Origin: an uncultured archaeon
GTDB taxonomy: Archaea > Nanohalarchaeota > Nanosalinia > Nanosalinales > Nanosalinaceae
Assembly: GCA_964421955.1 (NCBI GenBank)
Contig: CAYQYU010000001.1
Span: forward strand, 1-64,000
Reading direction: 5' to 3'
Length of the DNA: 64,000 nt
Part shown: one piece after another, positions 1-9,830 of the stretch
How the letters are laid out: each line of letters begins with the position of its first letter
Numbering within the stretch: the first letter of the stretch is position 1
Notes under the pieces: model-generated
What the model was told of the DNA's origin: nothing
The model's input: the letters and a program-made list of their open reading frames with translations, nothing else
Database searches by the model: none
Made by a program: the position numbers and the translations under genes

Positions 1-1786
1 GTGGGTGCCTGAAAACGCCCAGAAACGGTTCCACAACTTTGTCTCGGATTCCCCGGACTGGTGTATTTCCCGGCAGAACTACTGGGGAATACCGATACCG
101 ATCTGGGAGAACGACGAGACCGGCGAGATGGTGGTGATCGGAAGCTTCGAGGAACTCGAAGAAAAGGTCGGATCGCTTCCCGAAGGTTTTGATCCACACA
201 AGCATGTGGTTGACGACATAACCTGGGAGGGAGAAAACGGTGGAACTTTTCGAAGGATTCCGGACATATTCGATGTCTGGTACGACTCTGGATGCGCGCC
301 TTTCGCATCTCTCCACTACCCGTTCGAGGAGGAGCCGCTCGAGTCGATGTGGCCGATGAACTTCATTACAGAGGCGAGCGACCAGATAAGAGGCTGGTTC
401 TACTCCCTGATGTTCTGCGGAATACTCGGATTCGACGAGGCACCTTACGAGAAGATACTGTTCCAGGGCTACGTTCTCGATGCTGAAGGAGAGAAGATGT
501 CGAAATCTCTCGGGAACGTGATCGATCCCGCGGAGCAGCTGGAAAAGTACGGGGCGGACCTGCCACGGTTCTACCAGTTACGTTTGGCGCCTCCGTGGGA
601 GCAGAAAAACTATGATGAAGAAGAGATAGAAAACGAGATATACAGGCTTTTCTCAGTCTACTGGAACACCAAGGAGTTCTACCAGACCTACAGTAACGGG
701 AAACCCGAGCGACCCGCGGCCGACGAATTCCAGGTCGAGGACGAGTGGCTGCTTTCAAGGATAAACTCGATAGCCGAGCTCGCGCAGGAAGAAATCGAGG
801 ACTGCCGGATGCACATAATAACCAGAAAACTGGAGCATTTCGTGCTCGAAGAGCTTTCGCGCTGGTACGTGAAGAAAGTCCGTTCAAGGATCAAAAACGG
901 CGACCAGGCAGCTCTCTGGACGCTCGGGCAGGCGCTGGAGAAGGCCAACCTCATGATGGCTCCTTTCGCACCCTACATAACAGAGAGCGTCTACCAGGAC
1001 ATCGACGGCGAAAAGGCATCGGTCCACATGGAGCGCTATCCTGAACCGGACGAGGACATGATCGATGAGGACCTGGAGCTTGCGATGCAGACCTCCCGCT
1101 CGATAGTCGAGGAGGCCAACAGGATAAGAGACGAGAACGAGTACAACCTGAGATGGCCCGCGAAGAAACTCGTGATATCGACATCGGACGAAAAAGAAGA
1201 ATCACTCAAAAAGTTCGAACAGCTTATCAAAGAGATGACCAACACGAAGCAGATACAGTTCGGCGAGGTCGCATCAAGACTCGTCGCGAAGCCCGACTAC
1301 TCCAGCCTCGGACCAAAGTTTGGAAGTGATGCGGACGATGTCGCGAGAATGATAGAAGAACTCGAACACGACCAGATAGAACAGCTGGAGAACACCGGAG
1401 AGATTGAGATAGACGGTCACGACGTGACACTTGAAGACGTCACCATAACGAGCGAGACTTCAGGCGAGGTCGGAAGCAAGACCTTCAAGGGCGGGGAACT
1501 CTACCTTGACCTTACACAGACCGAAGAACTGAAGGACGAGGCATTCGTCAACGAGCTGATACGGTCGATACAGGAGGCCCGGAAGGAAGCCGGTCTCGAG
1601 GTCGAAGACAGGGTAAAACTCTCACTTGACGGCGACGCGGGGCCTGTCAGGCAGCACGAGGAACTTTTGAAAGGACGGGTCAACGTCTCGGAGCTCGACT
1701 ATAAAGGAGAGAACTTCGGGCATTCAGGTGAGACGGAGTTTGAGGACAGAAAAATAAGTTACAGCTTTTCGGAGCCTGTCAACTGA
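1..1786 (+). CDS. ileS: Isoleucyl-tRNA synthetase, 5'-truncated (C-terminal ~595 aa)
   Basis: DWCISRQ.YWG, DVWYDSG, DQIRGWFYSL and KMSKS motifs, anticodon-binding domain and archaeal/eukaryote-type C-terminal extension (LGPKFG). HIGH motif lies upstream of the window. Confidence 0.95.
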   Translation, partial: WVPENAQKRFHNFVSDSPDWCISRQNYWGIPIPIWENDETGEMVVIGSFEELEEKVGSLPEGFDPHKHVVDDITWEGENGGTFRRIPDIFDVWYDSGCAPFASLHYPFEEEPLESMWPMNFITEASDQIRGWFYSLMFCGILGFDEAPYEKILFQGYVLDAEGEKMSKSLGNVIDPAEQLEKYGADLPRFYQLRLAPPWEQKNYDEEEIENEIYRLFSVYWNTKEFYQTYSNGKPERPAADEFQVEDEWLLSRINSIAELAQEEIEDCRMHIITRKLEHFVLEELSRWYVKKVRSRIKNGDQAALWTLGQALEKANLMMAPFAPYITESVYQDIDGEKASVHMERYPEPDEDMIDEDLELAMQTSRSIVEEANRIRDENEYNLRWPAKKLVISTSDEKEESLKKFEQLIKEMTNTKQIQFGEVASRLVAKPDYSSLGPKFGSDADDVARMIEELEHDQIEQLENTGEIEIDGHDVTLEDVTITSETSGEVGSKTFKGGELYLDLTQTEELKDEAFVNELIRSIQEARKEAGLEVEDRVKLSLDGDAGPVRQHEELLKGRVNVSELDYKGENFGHSGETEFEDRKISYSFSEPVN

Positions 1787-1797
1787 GGTGACGGGAA

Positions 1798-2901
1798 ATG
1801 GAAACTGAAGAGCTACAGCCGGCTATAGATTTCCTCAAGGATATCGATGAAAACGACGAGGTGACGATCATCCACCACTGGGACATGGATGGAACCTCGT
1901 CCTCGGTCATAATCTCGAAGATACTCGAGAAAGTTCGTGGAAGCCCCGCGGATGAAGTGATGATACCCCATACCCGGGCATACCACCTCGGAGAGGAAGA
2001 TCATGAAGCGCTCGAGAATACTGACAAACTGATAGTGCTCGACTTCAACCTGGGCGCGGATGAGCTTGAAGACCTGGACCAAAACTTCGGTCTCGATGCC
2101 CTGATAGTGGACCACCACTCGTTCGACCGCAAACCCAATATTCCGTTCGTGAATCCGCGGCTGGTAAAAGAGGACGACTACGTTCCCTGCAGCAAGGTAT
2201 GCCTGGACATCGCCTCGCACTTTGGTCTTGAGGACGACACACGCTGGATCGCAGGACTCGGAGTCATACAGGACTTCGGTGTCGACTCGTGCCCGGAGCT
2301 TTTCGAGAAGCTGAACGAGAAGTACGACAAGTATCTTCCCAAGGAACTCTCGCAGCAGGAACTCGCAAAGAACTGCGAGTACGGCCGATACTCAAGCGTT
2401 CTCAACATCAAGCCGTACCGTGATTCAGCGCACTTTGCAAAACTGGCGTACGAGGCGCTGATGAGTTCCGAGGACCTGAAAGAGCTGGAGGCCCAGGAAG
2501 CTTACAGGAAGGTCTACGAGGTCTACCTTGAGATGCAGGACGAGTTTAATAGAGCGACTGAGAGCTATGAGGAAGAACGCGAGATCGACAGGGAAAAGAT
2601 GATCATCTTCTTCGAACTCAAGAGCGACTTCCACATCACCTCGAGCATCGCAACCAACAAGTCGACAAAGACACCGGGCTGGATCCACCTGGTCGTACAG
2701 AGAAGCGAGGACGAAATCAACATCAGCGCGAGATGCCAGTCAGGACGTGTCGACCTCGGGAAGCTGATGCAGGAGGCGCTTCCGGAAGAAGCGATTGAAG
2801 AAGGAGCTGAGGCCGGCGGCCATCAAAAAGCGGCGGGTGCATCGATGAAACCTCGCTACTATGAAGGGTTCAAGCAGAACTTCACGGAGCTGGTGGAGTG
2901 A
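1798..2901 (+). CDS. DHH/DHHA1 family phosphoesterase (RecJ-like)
   Basis: HHWDMDG, LIVLD, IVDHH and C-terminal GGHQKAAG motifs; GAGGTGA SD-like sequence just upstream. Confidence 0.88.
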   Translation: METEELQPAIDFLKDIDENDEVTIIHHWDMDGTSSSVIISKILEKVRGSPADEVMIPHTRAYHLGEEDHEALENTDKLIVLDFNLGADELEDLDQNFGLDALIVDHHSFDRKPNIPFVNPRLVKEDDYVPCSKVCLDIASHFGLEDDTRWIAGLGVIQDFGVDSCPELFEKLNEKYDKYLPKELSQQELAKNCEYGRYSSVLNIKPYRDSAHFAKLAYEALMSSEDLKELEAQEAYRKVYEVYLEMQDEFNRATESYEEEREIDREKMIIFFELKSDFHITSSIATNKSTKTPGWIHLVVQRSEDEINISARCQSGRVDLGKLMQEALPEEAIEEGAEAGGHQKAAGASMKPRYYEGFKQNFTELVE

Positions 2902-3010
2902 AATACTAAAATAGAGCCTAACCGTGTTCATAAAAACTAAATCTTGTGAATCTAATAGTTTTTCTCATAAACATCTTTTCTCGTACACCGCACTAGATGT
3001 CCCAAAGTAT

Positions 3011-3589
3011 CTAACTGTCCTCACTATCCAGCAATTTAATTAATCCGTCAAGATTATCTCCGAAATTGTTATTCACGCATCCTTCTAACCCTATTCTTCC
3101 TTCATACATCGGCACGAAGGTGTCGCGAGCAGAGGCTTCGAGGGTTGAAAGGACATCTTGTCCAATTTCTATCGGTGCTTCAACAGATATAGCTGCTTGT
3201 CTTGCGTCTTTTGATCCTTGGTGCTCACTAAACTCTGTGACAGACCAATTACCTACTTCTAAACCTAGTGCATATGTTTCATCAAGGTAAATCTCAATAT
3301 CGTCCTTAACATTTCCCATGGCACCAGGAGAACTTAGATCAATCTCGACTGGTTCTCCGGTATAGAAGTGATGTTCAAGTTGATTTACTAGGTTGTCTAT
3401 AGCATCTTTGTAATCAGGATCAGTTCTTTCACCTGCAAAGCTGCCGATTACTGGTAGTTTTAATCTTGGATCTTGATGTCTCCGGTACAATTCTGAAGGT
3501 GTATAATCCACAAATGTCTCATTGACCAGATTTCCAAAATGTGACGAATCTATTTCTTGACCTTCGTAACGCGCCAACCCATCCGGCAT
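3011..3589 (-). CDS. Hypothetical acidic protein in an AT-rich patch
   Basis: 192-aa acidic ORF with no recognised motif; DNA visibly AT-richer than flanks. Confidence 0.7.
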   Translation of the reverse strand: MPDGLARYEGQEIDSSHFGNLVNETFVDYTPSELYRRHQDPRLKLPVIGSFAGERTDPDYKDAIDNLVNQLEHHFYTGEPVEIDLSSPGAMGNVKDDIEIYLDETYALGLEVGNWSVTEFSEHQGSKDARQAAISVEAPIEIGQDVLSTLEASARDTFVPMYEGRIGLEGCVNNNFGDNLDGLIKLLDSEDS

Positions 3590-3723
3590 ATATCTACTAC
3601 TTAATAGTAACTATTAAATATGTGGCGAGAGGATACAGAGCTGTACTCTTGAAGCTTGGAATTTTTTCATGAACACGGCTGGCTTCCTAAACTTGTTTAA
3701 AACATCAACCCGACTTTGATACT

Positions 3724-4035
3724 ATGGTAAGAGACAAGGCCGAGAAGCAAAAACAGAAGGCGAAAGAAATGCTCGGAATTTCTGACTCCCGGGCGAAAGA
3801 AATCTTCCAGGAACAGCCTGACCGGAAACAGCAGAAGAAAAAAGAGCTAGAGGATGAAGGAAAGATCGATGCTGTTGAAGAGGTCGAAAAGGAACCGGAA
3901 CCAGAAACGATAGAAGAAGAAACTGAGGAAGAAGCCGAAGAAGAGGAAGACTCGGAGATGGTTGCGTGTCCCGAGTGCGGCGACGAGTTCGATACTGAAC
4001 GGGGAATGAAAGTCCACAAGGGACAGAAACACTAG
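3724..4035 (+). CDS. Small Glu-rich protein with C-terminal C2H2 zinc finger
   Basis: CPECGDEFDTERGMKVHKGQKH at the C-terminus; TTTAAA box ~25 nt upstream. Confidence 0.8.
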   Translation: MVRDKAEKQKQKAKEMLGISDSRAKEIFQEQPDRKQQKKKELEDEGKIDAVEEVEKEPEPETIEEETEEEAEEEEDSEMVACPECGDEFDTERGMKVHKGQKH

Positions 4036-4038
4036 ACC

Positions 4039-4383
4039 TTACAGCCTGTTCTTCTCCTTTACTCTATTCCTGTAGAACCAGAGAGGTATATCCACCAGCG
4101 CGTGAAGAACCGGGTGCTCCTCCGGGTTGAAGTTCTCGATGTGGGCAACTATCACATCTGAAACTGCATCATCTCTTTCCACTCCACGATAATCAGTCAC
4201 GTGAAGACTTCTCATCCTATTACTGTCTCTATAACTGTCCGCACCAGGATATTTGTCGGTAACGATTGTCCTCCGGGCCTCCTGTAGACTCGCCTTTAAT
4301 CGCTCGAAATCTTCTTCTGAAAGTTCAAAGTCGTAGCATCTGCCGTACTGTTCCTCCAGTCGATCCACAAAGTCCTCTATCAC
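4039..4383 (-). CDS. Hypothetical protein (LHV...AHIENFNP...PVLH..VD motif)
   Basis: GTG start 4 nt after the upstream gene; last gene of the cysS operon; His-rich motif. Confidence 0.7.
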   Translation of the reverse strand: MIEDFVDRLEEQYGRCYDFELSEEDFERLKASLQEARRTIVTDKYPGADSYRDSNRMRSLHVTDYRGVERDDAVSDVIVAHIENFNPEEHPVLHALVDIPLWFYRNRVKEKNRL

Positions 4384-4387
4384 GTAA

Positions 4388-4756
4388 TCACCTATTTCTT
4401 AGGACTTCTTCTACTGTCGCGACCAACTCCCTAGAATTACTGTACTCCCTAAAGTCATCAGTAACTGTTTTCAGAGAACTGGAATGCTCGGCGCTTTTCC
4501 TACATAAACAGACAATCGGAACTCCAAACTGATCCGCCCAGCCAAGCTCAATCCCAAGTCCCGTCGAAGCTTCGGATACCTCCGCTATGAATAGATCGCA
4601 TTCATCTTGCAGAAAGCTCTTCGAGTCAAAAAGTTCGTCCGAATCCTGATGAGGAAATACCAGAGTATGCTTCTTATTGATTCTGCTATTTCTAAGCGGC
4701 TCGTAAAGCTCTTCTTCGAAGGATATGCTGGTGGAATGGCCGACATATATCTTCAT
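4388..4756 (-). CDS. Nucleoside 2-deoxyribosyltransferase-like protein
   Basis: MKIYVGHS start, CDLFIAEVS.ASTGLGIELGWA...VPIVCL pattern typical of the NDT/Rcl fold. Confidence 0.75.
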   Translation of the reverse strand: MKIYVGHSTSISFEEELYEPLRNSRINKKHTLVFPHQDSDELFDSKSFLQDECDLFIAEVSEASTGLGIELGWADQFGVPIVCLCRKSAEHSSSLKTVTDDFREYSNSRELVATVEEVLRNR

Positions 4757-6211
4757 CTACTCCACCTTGAACCATCTAGCGCCTTCTTCAGTATCTTCCA
4801 CTTCGAATCCAGCTTCTTCCAGAGCCGAGCGAATCCGGTCCGCTGTATCGTAGTCCTCCCGCTCACGGAATTTTTCGCGCATCTCCATCATCAAATCTGC
4901 CAGCTCGGCCTCTTCATCAGAAATATTAGGCCTGACATCTATGCCGAGAACTCCAAAAAGATTCTCTAAAACATCTACAAATCCGTCATCCACTTTGCCT
5001 TCCAAGCTGTACAGATAGTTAACAGTCTCCATCAAGTACTGTTTGGCTCTAGCCGTGTTCAAATCGTCATCCATTCTTTCTTTGAAATTTTCCTCAAGTT
5101 GCTCTTTCGTGTACCGATTATTTACGCCCGACTTAGCCACCCCAATATCTCTCCTGATTAACTGTATTGTCTTCCTAATCTTTCTCAACTCCTTCTCCGC
5201 CTTTTCCAGGCCTTCTTTCGAAAAGTCGGTCTCGCTCCTGTAGTGTGATGAGATTAAATACAGTCGGATCGCGTCTCCGCTGTAACCTTCTTCGAGCAAG
5301 TCCCGGACAGTGTAAAAGTTGCCTTCGCTCTTCGACATCTTCTCGCCTTCGACCGTTATGAACTCGTTGTGGAGCCAGTAGCGGGCCTGGCCCTTATCGG
5401 TCGCGGCGAAACTCTGCGCTCTTTCATTTGGATGGTGAGGGAATATGTGGTCTTTTCCTCCGGCGTGGATGTCGAATTCGTCGCCGAGGTACTTCTGGCT
5501 CATTACGGAGCATTCGAGGTGCCAGCCCGGGTATCCCTCGCTTTCGACAACTTCTCCGTCGATCCTGAAGGTGGCGTCCCATCTCATTAGGTGGTTTGTT
5601 CCCGATGCGTTCAGCCAGAGCGCGAAGTCGTACTGGTTCTTTTTCTTCTCGTCAGGTTCGACACGTGACTCCGCGTCCTCCTTTAACTGCTCGATGTCTT
5701 TCTTCGCCATATCTCCGTACTCGTAATCTTCAAGATATGAGTCCATGTCGAAGTAGACATTTCCTTCAACCTCGTAGGCATAGCCGTTTTCGATTATGCG
5801 CTGGATGTAAGTTATCATCTCGTTTATGTGGCCAGTCGCCCGGGGAACGATGTCCTGTCTCCTGATATTAAGTTCTTCTGTATCTTTGAAGTACTGTTCA
5901 ATCTGGTCTTCTACAAGCTCCATAGGCTCCATTCCAAGTTCTTTGGCGCGTTTCTCAACTTTGTCCTCGCCCTGGTCGCCGTCGTCGGTCAGATGGCCGA
6001 CATCCGTTATATTCTGGACATGCCTGACCGTATAGCCCTTCCATCTCAGGTAACGGGTAAGCGTGTCCCAGTAAACATAGGGCCGCGCATTCCCGATGTG
6101 TAGGTCATCGTAGATCGTCTGACCACAGCTGTAGAACTTTACATTTCCCTGCTCCAGAGGCTCGAACTCCTCCTTTTCCCTGGTTAAAGTGTTGAAAAGC
6201 CGGAGAGTCAT
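4757..6211 (-). CDS. cysS: Cysteinyl-tRNA synthetase
   Basis: [52 protein letters not shown] and AD.IR motifs. Confidence 0.97.
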   Translation of the reverse strand: MTLRLFNTLTREKEEFEPLEQGNVKFYSCGQTIYDDLHIGNARPYVYWDTLTRYLRWKGYTVRHVQNITDVGHLTDDGDQGEDKVEKRAKELGMEPMELVEDQIEQYFKDTEELNIRRQDIVPRATGHINEMITYIQRIIENGYAYEVEGNVYFDMDSYLEDYEYGDMAKKDIEQLKEDAESRVEPDEKKKNQYDFALWLNASGTNHLMRWDATFRIDGEVVESEGYPGWHLECSVMSQKYLGDEFDIHAGGKDHIFPHHPNERAQSFAATDKGQARYWLHNEFITVEGEKMSKSEGNFYTVRDLLEEGYSGDAIRLYLISSHYRSETDFSKEGLEKAEKELRKIRKTIQLIRRDIGVAKSGVNNRYTKEQLEENFKERMDDDLNTARAKQYLMETVNYLYSLEGKVDDGFVDVLENLFGVLGIDVRPNISDEEAELADLMMEMREKFREREDYDTADRIRSALEEAGFEVEDTEEGARWFKVE

Positions 6212-6633
6212 TGTTCACCTCTTGAAGGCATCGATTTAAGTTTCCTGACAAAGTTCGAGATTTCCCTGCGGTCGAGCTTCTCCACCTCTTCCCTCACGAG
6301 ATACTCATCAAGTTTCTCGGGATCGATCCATTTCGCCTCTCTATCGTCCGCCTCAATATCTTTTTCCCCGGCCTCCATGTGGAGGTAGAGCTCCAGGTAG
6401 TTTCCATCGATGGTGGAGGTGTTAACTGCATCTATCAGCTGGTGCGGTTCAACCTCCAGTCCGAGAAGATCTTTCACACCTTTCTCTGCGGCACGGTCAA
6501 CGCCTTCATCAGTATCAAGCTCTATATCAGGGAAACGCCATTTCTGGCCCTCTTCCGAGCGGATGACCAGCACGAGGCCGTGGAGCGTTACGATAGGCTT
6601 TACAGAAACCCGGAATCCTTCGTCTTCAGTCAT
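6208..6633 (-). CDS. Nudix-fold protein with degenerate Nudix box
   Basis: W.FP followed by DEGVDRAAEKGVKDLLGL where G.5E.7REUXEEXGU is expected; ATGA overlap with cysS. Confidence 0.65.
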   Translation of the reverse strand: MTEDEGFRVSVKPIVTLHGLVLVIRSEEGQKWRFPDIELDTDEGVDRAAEKGVKDLLGLEVEPHQLIDAVNTSTIDGNYLELYLHMEAGEKDIEADDREAKWIDPEKLDEYLVREEVEKLDRREISNFVRKLKSMPSRGEQ

Positions 6634-7036
6634 GTTCTATACTGACACCCACAGCTTCAAAGTCTTTCTCCAGGGCTTTAACGGTTTCCATTTCTTCAAG
6701 CTCCGCGGAATTGATCCAGCGGTACTCCTCGTGCTCTTCACTCAGGGAAACTTCGTCGGAATCGACCTTTACCAGAAACGGATTTATCAGGAAATTGCCA
6801 TACTCTGTCTCAACTTCAAAGCAGTCACCTGATCTAAGTACCTGGCCAGAAAGACCGGTTTCCTCCTTTAATTCACGTAGCGCCGTCTTTCTTGGATCCT
6901 CATTCTCTATCCTCCCGGAGGGAAAATCCCAGCAACGTGGGAAAACATCATATCCCTCAGCCCGCTTCAAAATCAGAAATCTATCTTTCCAGGGACTGTA
7001 AGCCACAGCAACCGCTACTTCGATGAATTCTGTCAT
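6626..7036 (-). CDS. Nudix hydrolase
   Basis: WDFPSGRIENEDPRKTALRELKEETGL and LSEEH.EYRW. Start reassigned to ATG 7036 because of the ATGA overlap with the upstream stop. Confidence 0.9.
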   Translation of the reverse strand: MTEFIEVAVAVAYSPWKDRFLILKRAEGYDVFPRCWDFPSGRIENEDPRKTALRELKEETGLSGQVLRSGDCFEVETEYGNFLINPFLVKVDSDEVSLSEEHEEYRWINSAELEEMETVKALEKDFEAVGVSIEHD

Positions 7037-7827
7037 AGTTCCAGCCTCTCCGGCGCCTTCCACCTTCCGAGAGTCTCCAGTTCCCTGAGTTCTCCAAGAT
7101 CAGACCAGCAGTGTTCGGAGAGCTCCCAGTTCAGCTCCACTGTTCGGGAACCAGACTCGAGCAGTACCGGGTGCAGCCGCCAGTGACCTGTCTCCCCTTT
7201 ACCTATGTAAGGATCTCCCGTCCTGACAGGGGATGCTTCAAGACCTGTTTCCTCCTGAATCTCTCTTACGGCAGCCTCCTCTGGACTTTCTCCTTCCTCT
7301 ATCTGGCCGCTGACAAAAGTCCAGTAACCTGAGCTGGTGTTCTCATCGGATCTCTTCACCGCTAGATAGTCGCCATTATTCCTTACAACTCCGATAGATA
7401 CCTCTCCATTGACCAGGCCCAGCTTCTCCAGCGCGGGGTACTGTCCCGGTGTGTCGTATTCCCCAAAATTCACCAGATCGATCCATTCGAGTTCACTGTG
7501 TTCACGGGATAGATCTTCCGTGCCCACATTCTCGGCCTGCTCACTAGACATCTCCATCAGGACGGGATAAAGGGTGTAACTAGGATCATGTTCAACAGGG
7601 TAGCCGTCCGCGATCTCAACTATCTCCACACCGTCAGGATCGACTCCTCTTAGCTCCTCTTCAAGCTCTCTCAGGGAGGCCTCTTCCATACTCTCATCTC
7701 TTTTCCTCTTCCCTCCTATGAATTCCCAGCAACCGTCTCTTGTCCTCTTCGCCAGGAGATACCTGTATCCCTCTCTCGCAGAAAACCTGATTACAAGCTG
7801 TGCAACATCTTTTGTGTCCTCTGACAA
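7033..7827 (-). CDS. Tandem two-domain Nudix hydrolase
   Basis: Two Nudix boxes: WEFIGG...ESMEEASLRELEEEL and WTFVSGQIEEGESPEEAAVREIQEETGL. Confidence 0.9.
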   Translation of the reverse strand: MSEDTKDVAQLVIRFSAREGYRYLLAKRTRDGCWEFIGGKRKRDESMEEASLRELEEELRGVDPDGVEIVEIADGYPVEHDPSYTLYPVLMEMSSEQAENVGTEDLSREHSELEWIDLVNFGEYDTPGQYPALEKLGLVNGEVSIGVVRNNGDYLAVKRSDENTSSGYWTFVSGQIEEGESPEEAAVREIQEETGLEASPVRTGDPYIGKGETGHWRLHPVLLESGSRTVELNWELSEHCWSDLGELRELETLGRWKAPERLEL

Positions 7828-7907
7828 ATCTCACACCCAAGGTATACCCGCGACTTCTCTTCTAGTTTTAATAATTTCAGCCGCAGAGAAGGAAAAAGAA
7901 AAAAGGA

Positions 7908-8288
7908 CTATCTGAAGACCGTACCGTTCTGCCCCATCGGACCCTGAGGCATCTGCTGCCCGGTCTGATTCCGGGTCCGGTTACCTAGATTCTGGAACCA
8001 GTTTCCCAGTTCTTCAAAGAAACCGGGTTCCTGATCCACATCTCCAGTGTAGTACTGGCAGACCATCACAGGCCTCCTTGAGTCCTGCTTTTGCATCGGC
8101 AGCATCTCCTGCTGCTGTGATTGTGTAGGAATCAGGGTACAGTTGGCGATGAGCTGGAACTGGTTCAACGCCTGAATCCCCCGGGTATCGTTCTGCTGTT
8201 GTTGAGCCGCTGCAGGAGCCACCATCCCAATCATCAGTCCGGCGACAAGAGCTATGGAGAGAATAGTTCTTTCCAAGGCGATCACCAC
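7908..8288 (-). CDS. Secreted Gln-rich hypothetical protein
   Basis: Hydrophobic N-terminus ending APAAA, Q runs, two Cys. Confidence 0.65.
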   Translation of the reverse strand: MVIALERTILSIALVAGLMIGMVAPAAAQQQQNDTRGIQALNQFQLIANCTLIPTQSQQQEMLPMQKQDSRRPVMVCQYYTGDVDQEPGFFEELGNWFQNLGNRTRNQTGQQMPQGPMGQNGTVFR

Positions 8289-8371
8289 AAAAGGCCTAGC
8301 TTTGAGTTCATAAACCTATTACTGCAGCGTTAAACAGCTAACAAAATGTACCAAAAGACAGGAGGGGTAAA

Positions 8372-8442
8372 AGCCGGGACTGGGATTTGCACCCAGGTAC
8401 GCCGCTCTGCAGGCGGCTGCATAACTACTCTGCCATCCCGGC
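8372..8442 (-). tRNA. tRNA-Cys (GCA), intronless, CCA not encoded
   Basis: Reverse complement GCCGGGA-TG-GCAGAGTAGTTATGC-A-GCCGC-CTGCAGA-GCGGC-GTAC-CTGGG-TGCAAAT-CCCAG-TCCCGGC-T folds into a full cloverleaf with the U73 discriminator of tRNA-Cys. Confidence 0.96.
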
Positions 8443-8593
8443 GCGCAGAACAATACTAACAGTTTGGAGGGATAGATTGAAGAAACTCCATAATGCGCCA
8501 GACAATCCAACCTATATAGAGGAGCACAGCTTTCTCTTATCATTTATAACTCTCACGATTAATATCACTCTACAACTGCTTTGAGGGGAGATA

Positions 8594-9400
8594 ATGAAGG
8601 TAGAAGTTCTTGGAAACACGCAGGACGGTGGAGTCCCACACCTTGGATGCAGCTGTGAGCTCTGCGAGGCAGCACGTGAAGACCAGAGAAAACAGAAATA
8701 CGTCGGATCCATCCTCCTGAAGGCAAACAGCAACGATGACTCGGTGAGATATCTTGTTGACTCGACGCCAGACATAAGATTCCAGATTAAGGGAGATTAT
8801 CTCGATGGAGTATTCGTTTCACACGGTCACCTCGGACATATAGCAGGGTTGCCGTTCTTCGGAACAGAATCACTCGACACAGACAACCTCTCTGTCTACT
8901 GCACACCAGAAATGAGACAGTTCATCATGAACAATGACCCTTTCCGTCTACTGGCCGACAGGAACCAGATAGAGATACACGAGAGAGGTAACGGCGACGA
9001 GGTCGACATACAGGGGGGTACCGTCGAGTTCAGGAATATACTCCACCGCTACGTCAACACCGATAAAGTGTCTTTCATGATTCAGGGAGAAGAAAGGAAG
9101 CTCTACTACATGACGGATATTGACCAGTGGACAGACGAGGCCATAGAGAACGTTAAAGAGGCCGATATAGCTATAATTGATGGAACCTTCTGGTCAAAAG
9201 AGGAGATCGACCGCTACGAGGAGGTCCCACACCCAACCATACAGGAAACCATGGAAATGTTTGAAGACACCGACACGGAGATCCACTTCATCCATCTCAA
9301 CCATACCAACCCTGCACTGAGAGAGGACACACCCGAGAGAAAGGAAGTTGAGGAAAGAGGTTTCAACGTGGTCGAGAGAGGCGACGAATTCGAGATTTAG
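8594..9400 (+). CDS. Metallo-beta-lactamase-fold hydrolase, PqqB-like
   Basis: LGNTQDGGVPH.GC.C..C, DSTPD, SHGHLGH, DGTFW, HP, IHLNHTNP motifs. Confidence 0.88.
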   Translation: MKVEVLGNTQDGGVPHLGCSCELCEAAREDQRKQKYVGSILLKANSNDDSVRYLVDSTPDIRFQIKGDYLDGVFVSHGHLGHIAGLPFFGTESLDTDNLSVYCTPEMRQFIMNNDPFRLLADRNQIEIHERGNGDEVDIQGGTVEFRNILHRYVNTDKVSFMIQGEERKLYYMTDIDQWTDEAIENVKEADIAIIDGTFWSKEEIDRYEEVPHPTIQETMEMFEDTDTEIHFIHLNHTNPALREDTPERKEVEERGFNVVERGDEFEI

Positions 9401-9535
9401 ACATCTCTCACACAACCCTCTAAAGCCTTCTCACAGACCTTCTAGACGCCGAAAAACACGGTTTAAACCGTGGAACAGTATTTAAAGTTTTCCCTCCTAC
9501 CCAGTTCTAGAGCCTGGAACGATCTAAACAGACTC

Positions 9536-9549
9536 AAAAAAAAAAAAAA
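9536..9549. repeat. A14 homopolymer tract
   Basis: 14 consecutive A, the longest homopolymer noticed in the window. Confidence 0.95.
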
Positions 9550-9573
9550 TGCTTCTTTGGAATAGTGGTTAAA

Positions 9574-9783
9574 ATGCTTAAACAGCTCACGACATTCAAG
9601 GTTTTCATGACCGCTATGTCTACTTTTTTGACCGTGCAGGTCTCCGATACACCACTCAGAAGCCTTTCATACCTCTCGGTATTCCTAGTAGCCGGTGGAA
9701 ACTTCTGGTTCGAACTGGAAGATAGGGTTAAACAGCAGTTCACCCGTCTAAATCCCGGAAATGATGCGCTACAGCATACCTGA
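9574..9783 (+). CDS. Possible small hydrophobic protein (69 aa), uncertain
   Basis: ATG-started ORF with two weakly hydrophobic stretches; not acidic like neighbours, so it may be non-coding. Confidence 0.25.
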   Translation: MLKQLTTFKVFMTAMSTFLTVQVSDTPLRSLSYLSVFLVAGGNFWFELEDRVKQQFTRLNPGNDALQHT

Positions 9784-9830
9784 TTTAGCCACCCATTCTC
9801 CTTTTAACATTTCTACCGCTAGTTTCTACT

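Noticed and set aside
8594-9400. PQQ biosynthesis
   Set aside because: No pqqA/C/D/E in the window; stand-alone PqqB-like hydrolase.
9460-9730. Replication origin (CCGGTGGAAAC resembles an ORB core)
   Set aside because: Only one or two weak matches, no G-string and no cdc6/orc gene nearby.
9550-9795. RNase P RNA on the minus strand (CAGAAGTTTCCACC resembles CR-I)
   Set aside because: No complementary CR-V to form P4 and no terminal P1 helix found.
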